NCBI GenBank assembly: GCA_026391675.1
Contig: JAPLDQ010000019.1
Span: 87,780 to 151,779, forward strand
Direction of reading: 5' to 3'
Source of the DNA: Bacteroidota bacterium
Lineage (GTDB): Bacteria; Bacteroidota; Bacteroidia; Bacteroidales; JACABE01
Length of the DNA: 64,000 bases
The notes under the pieces: generated by a model
The model's input: the letters and a program-made list of their open reading frames with translations, nothing else
What the model was told of the DNA's origin: nothing
Databases searched by the model: none
Shown here: in pieces, positions 57,241-64,000 of the stretch
Layout: the number at the start of each line of letters is the position of its first letter
Numbering within the stretch: the first letter of the stretch is position 1
Translations under genes and position numbers: made by a program

Positions 57241-57409
57241 ATTTACAAAATCTATTATAAATTTTCAAATCAATAACAAAAATAATACTTATTTATAGCA
57301 ATAATTAAAATGTTGATAACTTATATTATTAATTTTTTGCTATAAACAAGAATTATTGATATTTAGATAAGTTTTTTAAGAATGTTTTGAATTGTTAAAG
57401 TAAAAAAAT

Positions 57410-57886
57410 ATGCATTTTCATACTATTTTTTTATACTTTTGTCTAGTGAAAAGGATAACATCTTATATCAGTTGCATTGTCATCATTATTTTATTCCTGG
57501 CTTCTTCCACAGGAATCAGCTTTGTTATTCACCACTGCTCCAATGATCATTCCGAAGAAATACGTTTTTTTGCCATTGATTACCAGTGCGCTCACGAAAA
57601 AATTACCGATGACTGTGCAAAAGATAACTATGGCCAGCATCATTGTGATAAACACAGCAACCATCACTGCTGTAAAAACACCAGAGGCTATTTTAGAATT
57701 GCTGATGAATATACTGTTTCTAAAAGTGACATAAAAATCAATATTCCGGTTTTTGTTAATACTGCTGTAGTTGTTTCTCCTGCTTCAATTCATTCTGATT
57801 TCTTTACCTATAATAATATTTGCAGTCAGCACCCCTCCTCTTCAGGAGTGAGTATTTATTGCATGAATTCCCAGTTTCTTATCTGA
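57410..57886 (+). CDS. His/Cys-rich membrane-anchored protein upstream of the metal efflux genes (HYC_CC_PP-like putative metal-binding protein)
   Basis: N-terminal TM, then 'VIHHCSNDHSEE', 'CAHEKITDDCAKDNYGQHHCDKHSNHHCCKN'. Its position directly upstream of czcA is typical for such proteins in Bacteroidota. Confidence 0.6.
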   Translation: MHFHTIFLYFCLVKRITSYISCIVIIILFLASSTGISFVIHHCSNDHSEEIRFFAIDYQCAHEKITDDCAKDNYGQHHCDKHSNHHCCKNTRGYFRIADEYTVSKSDIKINIPVFVNTAVVVSPASIHSDFFTYNNICSQHPSSSGVSIYCMNSQFLI

Positions 57887-57905
57887 TTTTATACTGTTTT
57901 TGCCA

Positions 57906-58061
57906 CTAAGGCACTAAGACACAAAGGAAATTAAATAAAAATCTTTTTGTCTTAAATGTATTATTTAGCTAATGCTTTTATTAATAATAAGACTTAGTGC
58001 CTTTGTGGCAAGACCAAATTTGTGTCTTTTTGGCAAAAAACTTAGTGTCTTAGTGCCTTAG
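57906..58061. repeat. Palindromic REP-like element in the czc leader
   Basis: CTAAGGCACTAAGACAC (57906-57922) and GTGTCTTAGTGCCTTAG (58045-58061) are perfect 17-bp inverted repeats. The interior carries related 'CTTAGTGCCTTTGTGGCA' and 'TTTGTGTCTTTTTGGCA' units. Confidence 0.85.
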
Positions 58062-58079
58062 TTGCTAATAATAAAAATC

Positions 58080-61000
58080 ATGATAGAACATATTATAAAA
58101 TTTTCAATCAAAAATAAATTCGTTATCGGATTATTCATTGTGGCTTTAATCGGATGGGGAAGCTATTCGCTGATCCGTCTGCCCATTGATGCCATACCCG
58201 ATATTACCAATAACCAGGTACAGGTAATTGCACTGGCTCCTTCGCTGGCGGTGCAGGAAGTAGAAAGTTTCATTACTGCTCCAATAGAGGTGTCTGTTGC
58301 CAATATACCCAATATTGTGGAGCTGCGTTCTATTTCGCGACTTGGTTTATCGGTAGTTACCATTGTTTTTAAAGATAATGTTGACCTATACTGGGCGCGG
58401 CAACAGTTAAACGAACGTTTAAAGGAAGCCGAAGAAGCCATCCCTCCCGGACTGGCCAAGATTGAGCTTGCCCCTGTTTCGTCAGGATTGGGTGAGATAT
58501 TCCAATACCGCCTGGCAGTAGCAAAAGGTTATGAAGACAAGTATAATCCAATGGAACTGCGTACCATACAGGACTGGATTGTACGCCGCGAAATGCTGGG
58601 AACTCCGGGCATTGCTGATATCAACAGCTATGGTGGTTTTGTCAAGCAATATGAGATAGCCGTAAATCCTGAAAGACTCAGAGGGATGAACCTTAGTCTT
58701 ACAGATATCTTTACCGCACTCGAAAAGAACAATGAGAATACAGGCAGTGCCTATATTGATAAAAAACCCAATGCCTATTTTATACGCGGTATCGGTTTGG
58801 TAAAAACACTGGCTGATATCGAAAAGATAGTGGTTAAAAACAATACATCGGGGATTCCTATATTAATCCGTGATATTGCCAAAGTGGAATATGGCAGTGC
58901 TACCCGTTACGGCGCTTTTGTGGTTGACACATCAGAAGCTGTGGGCGGTGTGGTTATGATGCTGAAAGGAGCCAATGCCCATGAAGTGATAGAAGATGTT
59001 CAGGAACGCATTAAAGCCATACAAAAATCATTACCAAAAGCTGTAAGAATTGAACCTTATTTAAACCGTTCCGACCTTGTTGGACGTGCCATTGGTACGG
59101 TTTCAAAAAACCTTATTGAAGGGGCTTTAATAGTAATTTTTATTCTTGTTCTTCTGCTGGGAAATATGAGGGCCGGTCTCATTGTGGCTTCTGTGATTCC
59201 GCTTTCCATGCTCTTTGCTATTTCACTGATGAATCTGTTCGGAGTATCGGGTAATCTGATGAGCCTGGGTGCCATTGATTTCGGATTAATTGTAGACGGT
59301 GCTGTTATCATCGTCGAAAGCGTGGTGCACAGGATATCGAAAAGCAAGACACATCACTTAGGTATTGAACGGCTTTCGCAACAGCAAATGGATGAGAATG
59401 TATTTGAATCAGCCAAACGCATGATGAGTTCAGCTACTTTCGGACAAATCATCATCCTTATCGTTTATCTTCCTATTATTGCGCTGGTAGGCATTGAAGG
59501 AAAGATGTTCCGCCCGATGGCCCAGGTAGTGGCTTTTGCACTGCTGGGTGCTGCTATACTTTCCCTGACTTATGTTCCTATGGCTTCCGCACTATTTCTG
59601 AGTAAAAAGACTGTATCTAAAGCAAATTTATCGGACAAACTGATGGAATTGATTACTAAAGCTTTTAATCCTGCAATTGCTTATGCATTAAAACATAAGA
59701 TGCAGGTTTCATTGGCAGCTATAGTATTATTTATTCTGAGTCTTTTGCTGTTCACACAATTAGGAGGCGAATTTATTCCTCAGCTCGAAGAAGGAGATCT
59801 GGCAGCAGGTGTTATGACACTACAGGGCGGGTCATTGTCAAATACAGTTGATCAGGTAAAAAAAGCAAATAAGATATTACTTGACAATTTCCCTGAAGTT
59901 AAACATGCAGTCTGTAAAATAGGTGCAGGAGAAATCCCTACTGACCCCACTCCTATGGAAACCGGTGATTATATTATTACACTCAAGGATAAAAGTGAAT
60001 GGACTTCTGCTAAAAGCCGTGAAGAACTGGTAGCAAAAATGGAAGATAAACTGGTAACACTGGCAGGGGTTAAATTTGAATTCCAGCAACCTATACAAAT
60101 GCGATTTAACGAATTGATGACAGGGTCAAAACAGGATGTAGCCATTAAAATATTTGGCGATAATCTTGGGACACTGGCTGATAAAGCAGCAGAAGTAGAA
60201 AAAATCATTCAGAAAGTTGAAGGAGTAGAAGATATTAATGTGGAGAAACTCACAGGACTGGCTCAGGTTCAGATTAATTTCAACCGCGACAGGCTTGCAC
60301 AATACGGACTTTCTGTGGATGATGGCAGTAAAATATTACGTTCTGCTTTTGCAGGGAGTCAGGCAGGTGTGGTTTATGATGAAGAAAAACGATTTGCACT
60401 GGTAGTGCGTCTGGATAAAGATTACCGCCAGAGTATAAAAGATGTAAAAAGCCTAACCCTTGCCCTGCCCAATGGCGGACAAATTCCTTTTGAACAGGTG
60501 GCGGATATCAGCATACAATCCGGACCGGCTCAGGTTTCAAGAGAAGATACCAAACGAAGGATAACCATTGGATTTAATGTCCGAATGCGGGATGTGGCAA
60601 GTGTTATTGAAGATGTTAAAACCAAAATTGATCAGCAGATTATATTACCCAGTGGATATTATGTATCCTATGGCGGACAGTTCAAAAATCTGGAAGCTGC
60701 CAGAAACAGACTGGCCATTGCTGTTCCTGTGGCTTTATTATTGATTTTTGTATTACTATATTTTACTTTTCATTCCGTTAAACAATCCCTGTTAATTTAT
60801 ACTGCAGTTCCCATGTCAGCCATAGGCGGTATTATCGCACTCTGGCTTAGAGGAATGAATTTTTCCATATCAGCCGGTGTTGGTTTTATTGCTTTGTTTG
60901 GTGTGGCGGTACTCAATGGCATCGTATTGATTGCCGAATTTAACCGGCTGGAAAAAGAAGGTATCACAGATATCAACGAACGCGTGCTTAAAGGATTGAA

Positions 61001-62468
61001 AACCCGTCTGCGTCCTGTAATCATGACGGCTGCCGTTGCTTCGCTCGGATTTTTACCCATGGCATTATCAACTTCAGCCGGTGCCGAAGTACAGAAACCT
61101 TTGGCAACTGTTGTAATTGGTGGGCTTATCACAGCAACATTACTTACATTGCTTATACTTCCTGTTTTCTATATTATTTTCTCCAACTATAAATTCAGCA
61201 TTTCATTTAAAAGCAAAACATCCAAAGTAATTAGCATAGTTATATTAGTATTTATGACAACTTGCTGTTTTATGAATGTAAAGGCACAGGAAATAAAGTA
61301 TATCAATTTGCATGATGCGATACAAATGGCGCTGGACAGGAATTTAAATCTCCGTTCTTCCGCTTATGCCGTTGACGAACAAAAAGCGATGAAAGCTGCT
61401 AGCTGGGATATCAGCAAAACCAATATTGAACTGCAATACGGGCAATTTAATTCTTATGAAAAAGACAATGGGTTAACAGTATCCCAGTCCTTTGCATTTC
61501 CAACGGTATATATGATGCAAAGCAAACTGGCCAATGCCAGGGTAAAAAGCAGTGAATGGCAGTTGAAAAGTGCACAACTTGAAATTACCACTCAGCTTAA
61601 GCAACTTTACTGGCAATTGGCTTATCTGTTCTCAAAACAAAAATTACTGATCTATCAGGACAGTCTTTTTTCAAGTTTCCAACGGGCAGCTGAATTAAGG
61701 GCTAATTCGGGTGAAACCATTAAACTTGAAATGATTACGGCACGTTCGCAAAGTATGGAAGTTAAGAACCAGCGTTATCAGGTAAATGCTGATATAGGCA
61801 TTTATTTACGTAAACTGAGGACATTACTGAATACTGATATTTTAGTTTATCCGGCTGATATCATACTTAAACGGATTAATTACACAGTAGTTCCCTTAAC
61901 TTCTGAAATAGCCAATAATCCATCTCTGGCTTATATGCAGCAACAGATAGAGGTTTCGCAAAAAGAAAAACAAGTCGAAGTAAACCGCAGCTTACCCGAT
62001 CTAAGTATTGGCTATTTCAGCCAAACCATAAGGGGTACGCAGGAGGTAAATGGCCTTCCCCGTAGCTTCGGTGCCGGTGACCGTTTTACCGGCGTACAAT
62101 TGGGTATCTCCATTCCGCTTTGGTTTATGCCTTATAAAGCAAAAATAAAGTCGGCTCAGATTCAGGAGAATATGGCCAGGACAGATGCTGAAAATTACAA
62201 GAATACACTATCAAATAATTATCTTTCCTTATTGGATGAATATGCAAAATATCTCGGGAGTATTAATTATTACGAACAGCAGGCAGTTCCTGAAGCTGAG
62301 TTAATCATTGAACAAGCCAGCCAGAGTTATAAAGCCGGTGCAATGGATTACCTGGAATATATACTGAGTCTGAACCGTGCGCTGATTATTAAACAAAATC
62401 AACTGGATGCCATTAACAACTATAATCAAACCGTTATCAACATTGAGTTTGTTTGCGGGAAGTTGTAA
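58080..62468 (+). CDS. czcA: CusA/CzcA-family heavy-metal efflux RND pump fused in frame to a TolC/CzcC-like outer-membrane factor
   Basis: 'MIEHIIKFSIKNKF' is a typical CzcA start (the ATG at 58080 is preferred to the TTG at 58062). The RND region has 12 TM segments and runs to about aa 1040. 'KSKTSKVISIVILVFMTTCCFMNVKAQE' is signal-peptide-like, beginning near 61210. 'LHDAIQMALDRNLNLRSS...' opens a TolC-type region with two-repeat helical content running to the stop at 62468. Confidence 0.85.
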   Translation: MIEHIIKFSIKNKFVIGLFIVALIGWGSYSLIRLPIDAIPDITNNQVQVIALAPSLAVQEVESFITAPIEVSVANIPNIVELRSISRLGLSVVTIVFKDNVDLYWARQQLNERLKEAEEAIPPGLAKIELAPVSSGLGEIFQYRLAVAKGYEDKYNPMELRTIQDWIVRREMLGTPGIADINSYGGFVKQYEIAVNPERLRGMNLSLTDIFTALEKNNENTGSAYIDKKPNAYFIRGIGLVKTLADIEKIVVKNNTSGIPILIRDIAKVEYGSATRYGAFVVDTSEAVGGVVMMLKGANAHEVIEDVQERIKAIQKSLPKAVRIEPYLNRSDLVGRAIGTVSKNLIEGALIVIFILVLLLGNMRAGLIVASVIPLSMLFAISLMNLFGVSGNLMSLGAIDFGLIVDGAVIIVESVVHRISKSKTHHLGIERLSQQQMDENVFESAKRMMSSATFGQIIILIVYLPIIALVGIEGKMFRPMAQVVAFALLGAAILSLTYVPMASALFLSKKTVSKANLSDKLMELITKAFNPAIAYALKHKMQVSLAAIVLFILSLLLFTQLGGEFIPQLEEGDLAAGVMTLQGGSLSNTVDQVKKANKILLDNFPEVKHAVCKIGAGEIPTDPTPMETGDYIITLKDKSEWTSAKSREELVAKMEDKLVTLAGVKFEFQQPIQMRFNELMTGSKQDVAIKIFGDNLGTLADKAAEVEKIIQKVEGVEDINVEKLTGLAQVQINFNRDRLAQYGLSVDDGSKILRSAFAGSQAGVVYDEEKRFALVVRLDKDYRQSIKDVKSLTLALPNGGQIPFEQVADISIQSGPAQVSREDTKRRITIGFNVRMRDVASVIEDVKTKIDQQIILPSGYYVSYGGQFKNLEAARNRLAIAVPVALLLIFVLLYFTFHSVKQSLLIYTAVPMSAIGGIIALWLRGMNFSISAGVGFIALFGVAVLNGIVLIAEFNRLEKEGITDINERVLKGLKTRLRPVIMTAAVASLGFLPMALSTSAGAEVQKPLATVVIGGLITATLLTLLILPVFYIIFSNYKFSISFKSKTSKVISIVILVFMTTCCFMNVKAQEIKYINLHDAIQMALDRNLNLRSSAYAVDEQKAMKAASWDISKTNIELQYGQFNSYEKDNGLTVSQSFAFPTVYMMQSKLANARVKSSEWQLKSAQLEITTQLKQLYWQLAYLFSKQKLLIYQDSLFSSFQRAAELRANSGETIKLEMITARSQSMEVKNQRYQVNADIGIYLRKLRTLLNTDILVYPADIILKRINYTVVPLTSEIANNPSLAYMQQQIEVSQKEKQVEVNRSLPDLSIGYFSQTIRGTQEVNGLPRSFGAGDRFTGVQLGISIPLWFMPYKAKIKSAQIQENMARTDAENYKNTLSNNYLSLLDEYAKYLGSINYYEQQAVPEAELIIEQASQSYKAGAMDYLEYILSLNRALIIKQNQLDAINNYNQTVINIEFVCGKL

Positions 62469-62471
62469 TGT

Positions 62472-62527
62472 GCTGATACGGTAATGCGGTGATATGCTAA
62501 TTTGGTGATTTTGTGATTTTGTGATTT
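62472..62527. repeat. Degenerate octamer tandem array (GSTRATNN x7, ending in GTGATTTT GTGATTTT GTGATTT)
   Basis: GCTGATAC GGTAATGC GGTGATAT GCTAATTT GGTGATTT TGTGATTT TGTGATTT was read directly. It begins 3 nt after the czcA-fusion stop. Confidence 0.8.
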
Positions 62528-62564
62528 AAAATTGAATTAGAAAAAAAACAATAAAATTAAAGAT

Positions 62565-63749
62565 ATGTCAAAGAAAAATATAATAATTATAATGATGTTT
62601 TTAAGCTTCATTTTAATAATAGGAGCATGCAAAAACGGGGCTAAGAACAATAAAGAAGCTGAAAACAAAGAAGTTATTCCTGAAAATATTGTCGAGATGC
62701 GGGATGATCAGATTAAACTGGCGGATATTCAATTAAGTTCAATCGAATTACGTTCATTAAGCGGTACCATTAAGGTGAATGGGCTGGTAGCTGTTCCGCC
62801 TCAGAATTTCGCTACCATTTCTGCACCTATGGGTGGATTTGTCAGAAGTTGCAGTCTGATTCCTGGTAATACGGTTAAAAAAGGACAGGTAGTTGCAATC
62901 ATTGAAAATCAGGAATTTATTGATATCCAGCAAAATTATCTGGAAGCTAAAAACAAGCTAGAGTTTGCTGAAAATGACTATAAAAGGCATAATGACCTGT
63001 ATAAAAACAATGTGTATTCACAGCAAAATGTACAGCAGGTGACAACAGATTATAAAAATCTTAAGGCTCAGGTAAAATCGCTTACACAAAAACTTGCCCT
63101 TATCGGTATTAATGCTGCTAGTCTGAACGAGGATAATATCAGCCGCGAGGTAAAGCTGTATTCACCCTTTGATGGTTTTATAAAAACGGTGAATGTAAAT
63201 ATCGGCAAATATGTAACGCCTTCGGATGCCATGTTTGAAATTGTAAACACCAGCCATCTGTTTCTTGAGCTAACACTGTTTGAAAAGGATGCCGATAAAG
63301 TTGAAATTGCACAGAAAATAAAATTTATGATCAATAACGAAACAGAGCAGCATGATGCTGTTATCACACAGACTGGTAAGGCCATTAATCCCGACAAAAC
63401 ATTTAAAGTATATGCCAATGTAACGGATGAATGTATGAATATCATACCGGGTATGTATGTAAATGCCATTATAGAAGCTACATCCAATAAAGTAAGTGCT
63501 TTACCATCAGAAGCCATTGTTAGTTTTGATGATAAGGATTATATCTTTGTTTTTGAAAAAAATAAAACAGAAGATGGCAGGGCATTCAGCGAATACCGTA
63601 TGGTTGAAGTTCAAAAAGGGGTCAGTGAAAACGGCTATACAGCCATCATTTTACCAAAAGGAATGGATATGAATACGACTAAAGTTGTAATCAAAGGAGC
63701 TTATAATCTGCTTTCGGCTAAGAAAAACGCCGGTGATATGGCTTGTTAA
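62565..63749 (+). CDS. czcB: Efflux RND periplasmic adaptor (membrane fusion protein, CzcB/CusB-like)
   Basis: Lipobox 'IIGACKN'. It has the biotinyl-lipoyl-like, hairpin and beta-barrel pattern ('V.AP.GG.V......GN.VKKGQVVA.IE', 'L.SPFDG.I...NV..G.YV'). Confidence 0.8.
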   Translation: MSKKNIIIIMMFLSFILIIGACKNGAKNNKEAENKEVIPENIVEMRDDQIKLADIQLSSIELRSLSGTIKVNGLVAVPPQNFATISAPMGGFVRSCSLIPGNTVKKGQVVAIIENQEFIDIQQNYLEAKNKLEFAENDYKRHNDLYKNNVYSQQNVQQVTTDYKNLKAQVKSLTQKLALIGINAASLNEDNISREVKLYSPFDGFIKTVNVNIGKYVTPSDAMFEIVNTSHLFLELTLFEKDADKVEIAQKIKFMINNETEQHDAVITQTGKAINPDKTFKVYANVTDECMNIIPGMYVNAIIEATSNKVSALPSEAIVSFDDKDYIFVFEKNKTEDGRAFSEYRMVEVQKGVSENGYTAIILPKGMDMNTTKVVIKGAYNLLSAKKNAGDMAC

Positions 63750-63860
63750 GCTGACTTATGTATTTTCTTTTCCAATAGAGAAAAGCGATTGTTCCAGGTT
63801 TACCAAAACTATTTGCAACTGCCATTGTTATCTTATATATTAAATTTTAAGCAAAAAAAA

Positions 63861-64000
63861 TTGAGCTTAACCGAAGAAAAATTATACAGACAAGCCTATT
63901 GGCTGAGTCTGTTCACTATATTTTACAATATACTTGAAGGGCTGATTTCAATGATATTGGGTTATAAAGACGAAACGCTTACACTGTTTGGTTTTGGTGC
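63861..64000 (+). CDS. Cation diffusion facilitator-type transporter, N-terminal fragment (runs off the right edge)
   Basis: Hand translation from the TTG at 63861 gives LSLTEEKLYRQAYWLSLFTIFYNILEGLISMILGYKDETLTLFGFG... This resembles the first TM of CDF-like cation transporters. An in-frame stop at 63840-63842 bounds the ORF upstream. Confidence 0.45.
   Translation, partial: MSLTEEKLYRQAYWLSLFTIFYNILEGLISMILGYKDETLTLFGFG

Noticed and set aside
58062-58079. TTG start for czcA at 58062
   Set aside because: It overlaps the right arm of the palindromic element. The ATG at 58080 gives the canonical 'MIEHIIKFSIKNK' CzcA N-terminus.

Overview
The window looks like a chromosomal segment of a low-GC Bacteroidota-type genome. 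Support for that origin: several T9SS C-terminal sorting domains, two gliding-motility/CHU_C-type C-termini, a TonB-dependent receptor, TAnnTTTG -7 promoter boxes, and no obvious Shine-Dalgarno sites.

Most of the window is housekeeping: DEAD-box helicase, PIF1/RecD-like helicase, gyrB, tpiA, prmA, fabG, class A PBP, M48 protease, SlyD-like PPIase, a MurD-type ligase, and RNase P RNA. These are mixed with secreted or surface proteins and a CzcA/CzcB-type metal efflux operon.

The strongest candidate for an accessory or novel system is a visibly AT-richer island at about 53.5-57.4 kb, between a SAM methyltransferase and the metal-efflux operon. It has three parts:
- A ~1 kb ORF-free leader with nested inverted repeats.
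- An overlapping two-gene module: a P-loop ABC/AAA_21-type ATPase plus a TIGR02646/PtuB-like HNH protein that has lost 3 of the 4 expected Zn-ligand cysteines (Septu-like).
- A convergent pair encoding a 3-TM protein and a 63-aa Glu/Arg-rich peptide.

The second recurring signal is an unusual set of intergenic repeats:
- Short-period (7-8 nt) tandem arrays (GTTATTG / CATAAYT / GCTTTTR / GTGATTTT) that start within 0-16 nt of stop codons at many gene ends.
- Identical 135-bp direct repeats bracketing rnpB.
- ~112-bp direct repeats bracketing a two-gene cassette.
- Long palindromic REP-like elements.

Other items worth a second look: a MurD-like ligase coupled to a PP-loop protein (candidate MurD2/MurL alternative D-Glu pathway), a bacterial homolog of the archaeal TiaS N-terminal domain paired with a 5-TM protein, two tandem 812-aa adhesin paralogs, and an in-frame CzcA-TolC-like fusion.

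All functional calls come from motif recognition by eye. No database search, alignment statistic or GC calculation was run.
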